A stretch of 64,000 nt of DNA from Octopus vulgaris (GCA_951406725.2 OX597821.1:6758001-6822000); one strand, 5' to 3'. Numbered from the stretch's first letter, positions 1 to 13,361 are shown. Numbers and translations: made by a program. Notes: generated by a model not told the origin, from the letters alone.

Positions 1-3000
1 TTTTCAAACCAGAGACCTGGCCAGAATGCTTGCAACAGTAGATTTCACTAAAGAAACCAAAGGATTAGATGATTGTGTTAAACCAGGTAACCTTCCAATA
101 GGCTACAGTGGGATTTGAACTCAGAGAATGAACTGAAATGAACACTGCATGGCATCCCATTTGATACTCTTGGAACTCTGTCCCTATAGCCACACTAAAT
201 TGATATCTCATTTATTGATGAAGGGCGGAATTGTACTTTGTAGGCTTTTAATTCAGTCCATTCTGTAAGGAGACCACTTTGTAAGATGGTTGGTGTTAGG
301 AAAACCCTGCCAAAACAGACAGTGAATCCTGCTACAGGCTTCTTCCTATCCAGCCCCCGTCAAACCGCTCAATCTATGCCAGCATGGAAAGCAGATCTTA
401 AATGTTAATGATGATGATGGTGATGATGCAAGAAGCTGGAATAGATGCTAAAGTATTTCATCTGATGCTCTAAGCAACTCAGTCACTTTACCACTTATAC
501 TACATTGAAGACAAAGTCATACTCTTTTCTCTTTTACTTATTTCAGTCATTTGACTGCAGCCATGCTGGAGCACCGCCTTTAGTCGAGCAAATTGACCCC
601 AGGACTTATTCTTTGGAAGCCTAGTACTTATTCTATTGGTCTCCTTTGTCGAACTGCCAAGTTACGGGGATGTAAACACACCAGCATTGGTTGTCAAGCA
701 AATGTTTTTCACGAGCCACCGAGACAAGTGCCAGTGAGGCAGTGCTGGTACCAAGATATGTGCTTGATAGAAATTGTGTGGAAGCCTCTCTGACAGACTC
801 CATCTGTTTGTTCTAGGATGGTTGGCTTCACCTTTCACCTGGTTAAAACACCACAACCTCGTCCTTGGCTGCCTTTCTGATGTAACCATTTAGAGTAAAT
901 CTTCACATAGGCACAAGCATGGCTGTGTTGTTTGAAATTTGCTTCCGAACCACATGGTTCTAGGTTCAGTCCCACTGCATGGCACCTTGGGCAAGTGTTT
1001 TCTACTGCAGAGATGTACAAACATATACACACACACATACATATATATATATATACGACGGGCTTCTTTCAGTTTCCGTCTACCAGATCCACTCACAAGG
1101 CTTTGGTCTGCCCGAGGCTATAGTAGAAGACACTTGCCCAAGGTGCCACACAGTGGGACTGAACCCGGAACCATGTGGTTGGTAAGAAAGCTATTTAACT
1201 CACACGTTTGTACCCCTCCTGCATGGTTTTGAGTTCAGACCCATTGCATAGAACCTTGAACAAGTGTCTTCTATAGCCACAGGCTGACCAAACTGAAAGA
1301 AGCCTATTGTGTATGTGTGTGTGTATGTTTGTTATTTCTTTATTGCCTACAATGGGCTAAACATAGAGGGGACAAACAAAGGGGTTAAGTCGATTACATC
1401 GACCCCAGTACGTAACTGGTACTTAATTTATCAACCCGGAAAGGATGAAAGGCAAAGTCAACCTCGGCGGAATTGGAACTCAGAATGTAACAGCAGATGA
1501 AATACCACTAAGCATTTCGCCTGGCATGCTAACGTTTCTGCCAGCTCACCAGCTCGTGTGTGTGTATGTTTGTGTCTCCTTGTCTTGATACTGCGTGATG
1601 GTTGTAAATGAGTGTCACTGTCGTACAAGCTGTGTTGTTCATTTCCAATCTTCTATGAACACATCTCTGGCCATGGGAAAACATTACCTTGCTTGGAAAC
1701 ATGTGAAGGTTAGCAACAAGAAGAACATCTGACTGTAGAAAATCTGCTTCAATAGATTCCCTCTGAGCCATGCAAGCATAGAAAAGTGGATGTAAATATG
1801 ATGGTATTTCCAATAAAGAATGCTGAATGGTAAAGGAGAACAACGGAATTGCAGATTTGTTAGAACATCAGATTAATATCTTTGGGTATTGCTTCCATCT
1901 TTTAATGTTCCGTGTGAAAATCCTTCTGAAGTCAACTTGGCCATTCATCGTAGATAAAATAAAATAGGTGTAAAGTACTTGTGTCAGTTTATTCAACTGT
2001 TCCGCTGCCCCCAAAATTTCAGGCCTTCTGTTTAATTTAGAAACAGATTCTGGATTAATTAGAGGCAGAAGAACACTAGAATCTCTGAGACTGGTGCTGG
2101 TGTAAAGTGGAAGGAGAAAAAAAAAGCAAGTCATGGGTTGTTTGAATATCTTCCATCTTTTACTTGTTTCAGTTATTAGACTGGAGCCATGCTGGGGCAC
2201 CACCTTCAAGAATGCTTAGTCAAATAAATCAATCCCAATACTTATTTTTTATATAAAGACTGGCATTAATTTGTCAGTCTCTTTTGCCAAACTGGTTGCC
2301 AAGTGGTGGTGGTGGTGGTGGTGGTGGAGGACAAACATAGACACGAAGACACACATATATACAATGGACTTCTTTTAGCTTCCATCTACCAAATCCACTC
2401 ACAGGCCCAAGACTGCAGTAGAAAACACTTGCCCAAGGTGCCATGCAGTGGGACTGAACCCAGAACCATGTGGTTCAGAAGCAAATTTCAAACAACACAG
2501 CCATGCTTGTGCCTATGTGAAGATTTACTCTAAATGCTTACATCAGAATGGAGCCTGCAAAAGGCAGCCAAGGACAAGGTTGTGGTGTTTTAACCAGGTG
2601 AGAGGTGAAGCCAACCATCCTAGAACAAACAGATGGAGTCTGTCAGAGAGGCTTCCACACAATTTCTATCAAGCACATATCTTGGTACCAGCACTGCCTC
2701 ACTGGCACTTGTCTCGGTGGCTCGTGAAAAACATTCGAGTGAGTTCATTGCCAGTGCTGCTGGACTGGCTCCTATGCAGGTGGCATGTAAAAAACACCAC
2801 TTGAGCATGGCCGTTGCCAGTACCGCCTGACTGGCCCTCATTCCGGTGGCATGTAAAAGCACCCACTACACTCTTGGAGTGGTTGGCATCAGGAGGGGCA
2901 TCCAGCTGTAGAAACTCGGCCAGATCAGATTGGAGCCAGGCGCAGCCATCTGGTTCGCCAGTCCTCAGTCATATCATCCAACCCATGCTAGCATGGAAAG

Positions 3001-4933
3001 TGGACGTTAAACGATGATGATGATGAAGGCTTGGGTTGAGTTGTTCAATCACCCTGCTTGCCTTTGGAGCCAAGCAGTGGGATTGAACTTGTGACTCCAT
3101 GACTGCAGAACTAATTTCTTAGCCATGTCCTTGATCAATAACATATTACAATGGTTAAGTGGTTAAGATGTTGGCTTCCAAACTATGTGGTTTAGGTTTC
3201 AGTCCTGCAGTGTGGCACCTTGGGCAAATGTCTTTTACTATAGTTTTGGGTCAGCCAAAGTCTTGTGAATGGATTTAGTAGACAGTGACAGAAAGAAGTG
3301 TGGTTGTGTGGCAAGGAGTTTGCTTTCCAACAACATGGTTCTGGGTTGAGTCCTACCACATAACATGTGTCTTCTGCTATAGGATAACCCCAGGCTGACC
3401 AAAGCCTTGTGAGCAGATTTGCTCAACAGAGACTGGAAGAAGCCTGTCACATATATGTGGGTTTGTGTCCTTTAGTCTTGGCATCATGTAACACTGATAA
3501 ATGAGTGTAATACAAACAGTGTCAAAGGTGGTGAACTGGCAGAAATGTTAGCATGCCAGGCGAAATACTGCTAAGTATTTCGCCTGCCTTTACATTCTGA
3601 GTTCAAATTCTGCTGAGGTCGACATTGCCTTTCATCATTTTGAGGTCAATAAATTAAGTACCAGTTGTGTACAATCTAATTGACTGGCCACCTCCTCCAA
3701 AATTTCAGGCCTTGTGCCTACGATCGAAAAGAATATGAGTGGTGTCATTCATTTCCAATATTCTGCAAGAATATTTCTGGCCATGGAGGATCAATACCTG
3801 CTTGGAAATAAGTAAGCATTGGCAGCAGGTAGGATATCAGGCCAAAGAAAATTTGCTTTAATAAATTCTGTCCAACCCATACAAGCATGGTAAAATGGAT
3901 GTAAAACATGAATGAATAAATATGTGTGTGTGTAGTTGTGTCTCTTCACCTTGACATTGTGAGATAATCGTAAATGGATATCAGTAAGATGCAAGCAGTG
4001 TCATTTGTTTCCAATCTCCTGTGGAAACATGTCTGGCCAAGGGTAAATATTATCTTGCTTGGAAACAATTGATGGTTGGCAACAGGAAGAGCATCCAGCC
4101 ATAGAATCTGACCCATGTGGCCATGGAAAAGTAGATGTTAAAACAAACCAGAGGTTAAAATAAGAATCACAAAATAGGATTAAAACGAAATGGTTATCAC
4201 TTATCTATTACTGTTTTTATTTGATGTCCATTGTCTGGAAATCTTTCATCACACACCTGTGACCTCTTCAGTGACTTTCCATCCGACATGTCTCTTCCTA
4301 TTCTGTTCTTTCATAGAAAGACAAAATGGACAAAACAGAACAGGAGGGGATACATGGGATGGAAAGTCACTGAAGAGGTCACAGGTGTGTGATGAAAGAT
4401 TTCCAGACAACAGACATAAAATAAGAACAGAAATGGTTATTACAGTCTCAAAAAGAAGAAGTGTTCAGCTAACTGAAGTTTGGGAGATGAAACTTGTTTC
4501 AAACATCACCATCTTGTCATGACTACATTATCTGATGTGCATTGTTGTTGCTGACCTTCTTCTACAAGACAATTAGGGTGTTATTCTACCAGTGCCACTG
4601 CCACTGGGATCAACCAGCTGTTCTTGAGTGAGGGCATTCAACAGGGTCCACTTTGCATTCAAGTTAGATCTTTATTCTAAAGGTAAGTTTGTCTCTTCTT
4701 CTCCTAATCTGAGAGATCTTGAAAAGGAGAGGCAAATGCTTACTTTCCTGCACTACCTAAGCTATTAATATTAATAATAATGTTAATACATACAGATCTA
4801 TCTGTCTATCCATCTATCTATCTGTCTGTCTATCCATCTATCTGTCTAACACATCAGTGTCAGAAAAATACTGTGTATGTATGTATAGATAGATAGATAG
4901 ATAGATAGGCAGACAGACAGACAGATAGATATA

Positions 4934-5144
4934 TGTGGGAGTGCTGAAAAGTTCTTGGATTTAAGGGTATCACAAAGGACCTGGTTGGAGGCCCAAACTT
5001 CCGAATTCTTTCACAGGTCTTATAAAAACTTCAGGGCCGCTGCAATAAATGTGTGAATCTGAGAAGGGAATATGTTGAATAAAATCATAATTAACTCCTG
5101 TATTTTCTTTTACCCAAAGCCAGGAACTTTTCAGCACCCCCTCG
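4934..5144 (+). mobile_element. Internally deleted mariner / MITE
   Basis: TIRs gtgctgaaaagttc.tgg / ccaggaacttttcagcac with TA flanks. Retains the transposase C-terminus RCNKCVNLRREYVE*. Confidence 0.75.
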
Positions 5145-5339
5145 TATATTCATTAAGGAATATTATTTATAGTCAGCAACGTCGTATCAACTCTAAGAGT
5201 GAGTTTTTGAATTCATTTATGTCACATCTCTTTATTTCCTGTCATATATATTCATCTAATTTTAGTTAAGTCTCATTCAAACCTTATGAACTAAAAACCA
5301 AGTTTCTTTTGTTAATTTGTAAAGGCTAAAATGTAAATC

Positions 5340-6047
5340 TCATCATCATCATTTAACATCTGCTTTCCATGCTGGTATGGGTTGGATAATTTGACTGAAG
5401 ACTGGCGAACCAGATGGCTGCACCAGGCTCCAGTCTGATCTGGCAGAGTTTCTACAGCTGGACGCCTTTCCTAACACCAACCACTCCGAGAGTGTAGTGG
5501 GTGCTTTTATGTGCCACAGACACGAGGGTCAGTCAGGCGACACTGGCAATGGCCATGCTCAAATGGTGCTTTTTATGTGCCACCTGCACAGGAGCCAATG
5601 TTTTTTGTGCCACCTGTACAGGAGCACGAATGTTTTTTCACGTGCCCCCAGCGCATGCCACCAGTAAGGTGACACAGGTAGCGATCATGCTCAAATGGTG
5701 CTTTTTATGTGCCACCAGCACGGAAGCCAGTTTGTTGCCCTGGCAATGATCACACTTGTATGGTACTCTTAGTGCTCGACTAGCACAGATACCAGTCATC
5801 GAATTTGATTTCGATTTCGATTTCACTTGCCTCAACAGGTCTTCACAAGCAGAGTTTTAGTGTCCAAAGAAGGAAAAGGTATGCATAAGTGGACTGGCTA
5901 CATCCCAGGTAAAGGCCACGGGTTATGGTCTCACTTGGCTTGCCAAGTCTTCTCAAGCACAGCATATTTCCAAAGGTCCCGGTCTCTAGTCATTGCCTTG
6001 GTGAGGCCCAATGTTCGAAGATCATGCTTCACCACCTCATCCCGGGC
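5340..6047 (-). mobile_element. RTE-clade LINE 3' end with 3' UTR and (GAT)n tail
   Basis: Minus strand reads WDEVVKHDLRTLGLTKAMTRDRDLWKYAV. The UTR has internal subrepeats, and a related UTR copy lies on the plus strand at about 2735-3025. Confidence 0.75.
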
Positions 6048-7978
6048 CTCATCATTGGTATATATAGAAGATAATTTAAATAAGATGTGCTTACCAATCA
6101 TTGGGTGGCAGCCAGATTGGTTAGAGTGAAGAAATGACTATTGAGAAGACATGCCCCTTATATGTGTAAGAGCTTTACTCCTATAACCCCATCAGGCAAA
6201 ATAACTTGCCTGCTAAAATGGCTGCAACTCTATTTCAGTGAATACTTCACCTAACTTCATGTAGTTGAAGGTAAGTAAATTCTACATGGATCCAAGAACA
6301 GAGGGTGTAGGGGTGCAAGCTCACCTCCTAAAATGTTTGTGGGGTGCAAAATCAAAATTTTCACCCCTACTTATTTTTCTTAGGTTTAGCAAACACTTTG
6401 TAAAAACTCATCTGTAAAAAGTATCTTGAAGTAAAGTTTTTTTCTCAAAGAAAGGAGTGGCTGTGTGGTAAGTAGCTTGCTTACCAACCACATGGTTCTG
6501 GGTTCAGTCCCACTGCGTGGCATCTTGGGCAAGTGTCTTCTACAATAGCCTTGGGCCAACCAAAGCCTTGTGTGTGGATTTAGTAGACGGAAACTGAAAG
6601 AGGCTCGTCTTATATATGTGTGTGTATATGTTTGTGTATCTGCATTTGTCCCCCCAACATCTGGTGTGTTTACATCCCTGTAACATAGCGGTTCGGCAAA
6701 AGAGACCGATAGAATAAGTACTAGGCTTACAAAGAATAAGTCCTGGGGTCGATTTGCTCGACTAAAAGGTGGTGCTCCAGCATAGGCACAGTCAAATGAA
6801 TGAAACAAGCAAAAGAATAAAAGAGTAATATATGATATACAAACAAAATAATATTCAAGATGAGATGAAAAGTAGATGGAGAAGGGATAAAGAGGAAAAG
6901 GACCAAGATGGAGTGTGGACACATGAATAACAGAAGATAAATAAACAGAATAAGGCCTTAGGGCCAGAGAGGAGATGAAAATATGGTTAACACTTGGAAG
7001 AAGGATTAAAAACAGAGTGTTTGGAATAGAACTGAATAAAAATATTCTTAGATAAACGTATAATCGAAATATTTATTGAGATACAAAATTTTGAATGAGA
7101 TGTTTTGGATTATATAACCAGGAATGGTCTCTGATGGATTAATATCAAAATGGTTAAGCAGTGATTAGTTAAGCTTTTATTATTCAAATTATTCTGTCTC
7201 ATCATTTCAAATGAATCATGTTTAACCTCATAGTTTCAAGATTTTGATGATGTGACTGTTTATTTTTAGAATAACATTGTAGGGTAGGTCTGAAAGGTTG
7301 GATCTGGTTTGAACACAAAACAGAGTATTTGGGCTGGACATGGGTGGTTTAAATGCTAGAAGGTTATGTGTTTAAACACTTGGTAAACTGATTTTACAAA
7401 GCAATGTCCTGGGAATTTAATCAACTTCCGTATTAACTATTATATATACATACATTAAACTGTTAAGAGTAGATATTAGACCTTGATCTTAGCCATCCAC
7501 CTTCCATGCTGGCATGAGTGAGATGGTTTGAGAAGAGCTGACCGAGTAGAAGCCTGTACCAGACTTCTGTAACTGTTTTGGCAGGATTTTTACAGCAGGG
7601 TGCCATTCGTAACACCAACCACTCAGCAGGGTGGACTTAGTGCTTTTTAAGTGGGACAAACATAGGTGAGGTCAGTTTTGGTGAAGTTTTAAAGCTGGAT
7701 GCCCTTCCAAATGCCAGCTACTTTACAGTATGGACTGGGTGCTTTTAAGTGGCACCTGCACTGACAGGGTCACCAAGTACTTGCAAGACAAAATATATAT
7801 AAATATTTATATATATAGCTGTAGGCATCGTTCTGTAGTAGAAACTTGCTTCCCAACCACATGGTTCTGGGTTCAGTCCCACTGCATGGCACCTTGGGCA
7901 AGTGTCTTCTATTACAACCTCAGGCCAACCAAAGCCTTGTGAGTGGATTTGGTAGATGGAAACTGAAAGAAGCCCATC

Positions 7979-8021
<43 letters not shown>

Positions 8022-8533
8022 GTATGTGTGTCCTCCACTACTGCTTGACAACCAGTGTTGGTATGTTTATGTCCCTGTAACTTAGCAATTCAGCAAAAGA
8101 GACCAATAGAATGAGTACCAAGCTTTTTTAAAAACAACAAGTACAGAGTTGAAGAATTCAATTAAAAAATTCCTCAAGGCAGTGCTCCAGCATTGCCACA
8201 GTCTAATAACTGGAACAAATAAAAGATACGATATATATATATATAACAATTAATGTTCACTAACATGAATATTATTTACAAATGAGCAATTTTATCTTTT
8301 TCTTTTTTATATTTTACTTGGTCCAGTCAGTGGACTGCAACCATCCATGAAAGGTTTTACTTAAACAAATCTACCCAGGACTTACGTCTTTTTAAAGCCT
8401 GGTACTAATTTTATTGATCTCTTTTAACAAATCAGTTAGCTATAGGGGACATATACAAACTGACACTGGTTGTCAAGTGATGGTGGGTAGGCGTGACAAA
8501 CACAGATACAAAGACCACCGTATCAACTATGTG

Positions 8534-8580
<47 letters not shown>

Positions 8581-8589
8581 ATATATACA

Positions 8590-9627
8590 TTTTTTTTTTC
8601 TAGTTTCAGCTCAGAGCTGCGGCCATGCTGATGCACCGCCGTTTTGTGCTACACTCTTATTACGACGAACCTCGCCTAATATATGGCACTTGGTGAAGAG
8701 TGGAGTTTGATATAGCTACTCTCATTTGCACCTCTTGCCGTGAGGTAGGTTCATCTGGGACTCTTGACAGGAAGATGTCCAGCTTTGATTTAGAAACCGC
8801 TACATCTACTTTGTGCAAGTTCCTCAGACTCTTTGGGAGAATATTAAAAAGCTGTGGGCCCTTGAAACCCAGGCTGTTGCAGTAGCTGGTCCTGAAGCGT
8901 GATGGCATTGCTAGGATCTTTGGCACTATGCAGTGTCGTCCCGTTCTAGCATTGATGTAGCTTTCAATGCTAAAATTTGGCACAATTCCTTCCAGGATCT
9001 TCCAGATATATATTACTGCATACCTCTCCCGTCTCTTCTCCAGGGAGTAGAGTCTTAGCTGTTTCAACCTTTCCCAGTAGCTGAGCTGTTGCAAAGAGAT
9101 GATCTTCTTTGTGAATCTTCTCTGGATTGCTTCAAGGTCCGCTGTTAATTTTACACTGGTGGGTGACCATAGCTGTGAGCAGTAATCCAGGTGACTGAGG
9201 ACGAATGTCCGCCAGAGGACCATCATGGTTTCGTTATCTCTGGTTCTGAATGTTCTTAGGATCCACCCAGCCAGTCGTCTGCACTTTGTCGCCATCCTGG
9301 TAATGTGCATTTGGAAAGAGGTATCATCACTCATGTCGATACCCAGGTCCCTCACAGACTTAGGCTCTGGGATTGAAATTCCCCGTGGACCGGTGTATCC
9401 AGTAAGTTTAATATTCAGTTTTGGATGCTGGTAGCACAGGGCCTGGAATTTTTCAGCATTAAACTGCATATTATTATCCTCAGCGCATCTGTAGATTGAG
9501 TCCAACTCCTGCTGCAGGTGTGCAACATTGCTGGGGTTCTGTATTTTCTGCGAGACTTTCGTATCGTCTGCATAGCTGGCCAGAGTGGCTATCCGGGCAT
9601 TTGAGGGCATATCTGAGAGGGCCACTA
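8590..9627 (-). mobile_element. 5'-truncated CR1/L2-clade LINE (RT C-terminal half plus 3' tail)
   Basis: YADDTK, NNMQFNAEK, RDLG and HLDYCSQLWSP motifs, open to a stop at 8660, then a short 3' UTR and A-tail. The ORF-track N-terminus is read-through from the adjacent SINE. Confidence 0.9.
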
Positions 9628-9633
9628 TATATA

Positions 9634-10040
9634 GGTGCAGATGTGGCTGTGTGGTAAGTAGCTTGCTTACCAACCACATGGTTCCGGGTTCAGTCCCACT
9701 GCGTGGCATCTTGGGCAAGTGTCTTCTACTATAGCCTCGGGCCCATCAAAGCCTTGTGAGTGGATTTGGTAGACGGAAACTGAAAGAAGCCCGTCGTATA
9801 TATGTATATATATATATATATGTGTGTGTCTGTCTGTGTTTGTCCCCCTAGCATTGCTTGACAACCGATGCTGGTGTGTTTACGTCCCCGTCACTTAGCG
9901 GTTCGGCAAAAGAGACCGATAGAATAAGTACTGGGCTTACAAAGAATAAGTCCCGGGGTCGATTTGCTCGACTAAAGGTGGTGCTCCAGCATGACCACAG
10001 TCAAATGACTGAAACAAGTAAAAGAGTAAAGAGTAAAGAG
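9634..10040 (+). mobile_element. tRNA-derived SINE family A, near full-length representative
   Basis: Pol III A/B-box-like head (TGGCTGTGTGGT...GGTTCAGTCC), central microsatellite, LINE-like tail. Other copies at about 522-1192(-), 6452-6825(+), 7820-8230(+), 12770-13265(-), 16540-16930(-), 27496-27650(+), 37194-37612(+), 39120-39480(-) and 53890-54290(+). Confidence 0.9.
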
Positions 10041-10080
<40 letters not shown>

Positions 10081-10317
10081 TATCAAATATGGCATTTACC
10101 TTATTCCAGTAGTTTACTTTGGGGTAAGATACATGATTGATTTAATGTTGTTTCATTGATTTATTAGATTGTAAGTTTAATTCGTTCATCATATTTTTTC
10201 CATTTATCTTAATCTTTTCCAAAGCAATTTGAATTAAAACAGAAAATATTTTGATTGTAGTTTTTTAATGGTATATTTCAGCTCTATTCTTCCTCTACAG
10301 CTTTTGTTTACCGTCTT

Positions 10318-11036
10318 GGCATTCCTATACATGGTGGCCCCCCCCCCCACTCGATTTTGTTTCCTCATAACTTCCAGGATATTGAATACTTTGCAAATGA
10401 AATTTTATATAAATACGCTTAAAATGGTGTAGAATCTGATTATTTTAGGGCATATGTGGTGAAGAAATATTCTCGAGAATTGGGTGAGGAGTTTCGGAAA
10501 AATTACACGAGTTGGTTTTGCTTCCTCATAACTTTCAGAAAAATGAGTAATATTTTATGAAAGTTTCTATAAATACTCTTCAGAGTGAGTAGATTTGCGA
10601 TTATATCGGAATTTAATACGAAAAAACAAATTTGGTTGGCTCGTACGTATACATACTGACAAAGGTCACATAATGAAACTGTAAGTTCCGAAAACAAATC
10701 GTGTTATGTGTCAGTGTGTGTGCGTCCTCACTGCTTTTCTTTTCCTATCAAATTCCGATATCATCGTAGTTTACCCACTCTGAAAGGTATTTATTAAAAG
10801 ATTCCATTAAAAAATACCCATTTTTCTGAAAGTTATGAGGAAACAAAACCAACTTGTATGAATTTTCCGAAACTCCTTCCCGTCCACAGAATTTGTTTTT
10901 CTCAATAGAAATTCCGAAATAGTCGTAAACCGCAACATCTGAAGCGTATTTGTAGAACATTTCATGAAGAAATATCTATTTTTCTGGAAGCTATGAGGAA
11001 ACAAATTCGGAGCGGGGACACATGTGTAGGAATACC
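10318..11036. mobile_element. Non-autonomous DNA transposon with long imperfect TIRs (Merlin-like)
   Basis: GGCATTCCTATACATG...CATGTGTAGGAATACC termini, about 300-bp imperfect inverted arms with internal subrepeats, and an 8-bp TSD accgtctt/atcgtctt. Confidence 0.75.
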
Positions 11037-11855
11037 ATCGTCTTTGAAATTTGAGTGAATTTTACCTCCTTTAAAACATTTGACGATGCCAAGAAGGAAA
11101 AAGAAAATGAATTAATTTATCTAACACGTGATACCATGACATAAATTATAATATCATTATAATGTAATTATAAATTTTATTGATCCATGCATACCACACG
11201 TACGTGCAATTCTATATGAAGTATCAGTGAGTATAAGCCGTGCATTATAAGTTAATATGCAACTTAAAATATGATTTTTAAAATTATTTTCACTATTATT
11301 TATGGTATTTTTATGGTATTTGATATTCTTTTCGAGTAACTTTTCGTCATCCAGAGTCGAATTAAAATAATTCTTGTCGACTCACATGTTCTACAGGTAA
11401 TATTCGGTATAGGGAAACTGCAAGGAAAGATAAGGATCAATTGTCATAAAGGGTGGCCCTTCAGAATGAGTACAAGGACAAAATTTCTGAAGAGGTGTGA
11501 AGCAGCGAGATGAATGTTTTCAAGGGACGTAATGCAGTGAAACTCTTAGGATGTAAGGGAGGTAATACAGTTGTCATCTTCACATGTCTGACTCCCCTTT
11601 TGCTCAGTTTTACTCTAAGCTCCTGTCCCATCGTTCTTGTACTCTAATATTAGATATCCAGCGGAACATTCTCGCTTCATTTCTTACTAGTCTTGACAAA
11701 TCCTTTGTCTACTAATCCTATCTGCCTGCCGAAAACATTTATTTACAAACATAACAACCCCACCTCTGGCACCCTCTCTCTCTCCATATATATATATATA
11801 TTTTCTTTTTTCTTTACTTTTTCAGTCATTTTTGACTGCGGCCATGCTGGAGCAC

Positions 11856-11918
<63 letters not shown>

Positions 11919-12335
11919 CAAACTGGGACAAGAACGCAAAACATTTAAAAGGCGATACAAAAAACACGGATGGGAGATTCGAAGCCATATATATATAGAG
12001 ACATATGGAGACATATTATTATTATTAGTAGTAGTAGTTGTAATAGTAGCAGTAGTAGTAGTTGTAATAGTAGTAGTAGTAGTAGCAGCAGCAGCAGTAG
12101 TAGCAGTAGATTTCTTTTTTTAAGGCGGAAAGCTGATAGAATTGTTAGCACGCCGGACAAAATTTTTAGCGACGCTTCTTCCGTCTTTACGTTCTGAGTT
12201 CAAATTTCGCCGAGGTCAACGTTACCTGTCTTCCTTTTGGGGGTCGATAAAATAAGTACCGGTAGAACACTGGGGTCGATGTAATCTACTCATCCCCTCA
12301 CCCAAAACTGCAGTCCTTGTGGCAAAATTTAAAGC

Positions 12336-12416
<81 letters not shown>

Positions 12417-12556
12417 CATCATCATCATCAAAAAAACAATGAAATGGATAAATGTAAAGTGAACATTCATTCACTAAGCACATAAGAGCAGACCCATGAA
12501 ATCAGTTTGCGGAGACCCGATATCAGGACTAAAGAAAACATCTGTATGTTTTAAAT

Positions 12557-12562
12557 TTTATT
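12557..12562 (-). promoter_or_regulatory. Candidate polyadenylation signal of the DTHD1-like gene
   Basis: AATAAA on the minus strand about 45 nt after the stop codon. Confidence 0.45.
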
Positions 12563-12606
12563 TCTCTTGCAGTTTGAAGATGTTGGTAAAGGACGCTGAT
12601 AAGCAG

Positions 12607-12741
12607 TCACGAATATGTTTCTCCGGACATTTCTTGTCTCCTGTGTTCTTTTTGCTGTTGAAACACCACGTTTTTCATCCGGACATCTGTTGTGAGATCT
12701 GGCCGTCCACATCTGTTCAAGGCACCGCAAAGAACAGAGAT
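12607..12741 (-). CDS. DTHD1: DTHD1-like terminal coding exon 11 (end of Death domain, stop)
   Basis: tttatttttag|ATC...TGA. Translates ISVLCGALNRCGRPDLTTDVRMKNVVFQQQKEHRRQEMSGETYS*, with the L..AL..CGR.DL motif of Death-domain helices 5-6. Confidence 0.9.
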   Translation of the reverse strand: MSVLCGALNRCGRPDLTTDVRMKNVVFQQQKEHRRQEMSGETYS

Positions 12742-13038
12742 CTAAAAATAAAAAATGCATATATATATCTTTTACTCTTTTACTTGTTTCAGTCATTTGA
12801 CTGCGGCCATGCAGGGGCACCACCTTTAGTCGAGCAAATCGCCCCCAGGACTTATTCTTTGTAATCCTAGTACTTATTCTATCGGTCTCTGTTGCCGAAC
12901 CGCTAAGTTACGGGGACGTAAACACACCAGCATCGGTTGTCAAGCGATGTTGGGAGAACACAGACACACAAACATATACACACACACACATACATACATA
13001 TATACATACATACATACATACATACATACATACATACA

Positions 13039-13111
<73 letters not shown>

Positions 13112-13324
13112 GAAGGGCTTCTTTCAGTTTCTGTCTACCAAATCCACTCAAGTTTTTTGTTTCCCTGAGGCTATAGAAGAAGACACTTGCCCAAGGTGCG
13201 ACGCAGTGAGACTGAACCCAGAACCATGTGGTTGGTAAGCAAGTTACTTACCACACAGCCACTATATATATATATACCTAGAAATTCTCTTTATAGAATC
13301 ACTAAAGTACTATGTATGTATGTA

Positions 13325-13361
<37 letters not shown>

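Noticed and set aside
4577-4682. Plus-strand exon with a strong AG|GTAAGT donor
   Set aside because: Stops occur in all three frames and no partner exons were identified; a non-coding exon cannot be excluded.
9634-9710. tRNA genes
   Set aside because: The A/B-box heads belong to multicopy SINEs and continue into SINE bodies; no full cloverleaf is evident.
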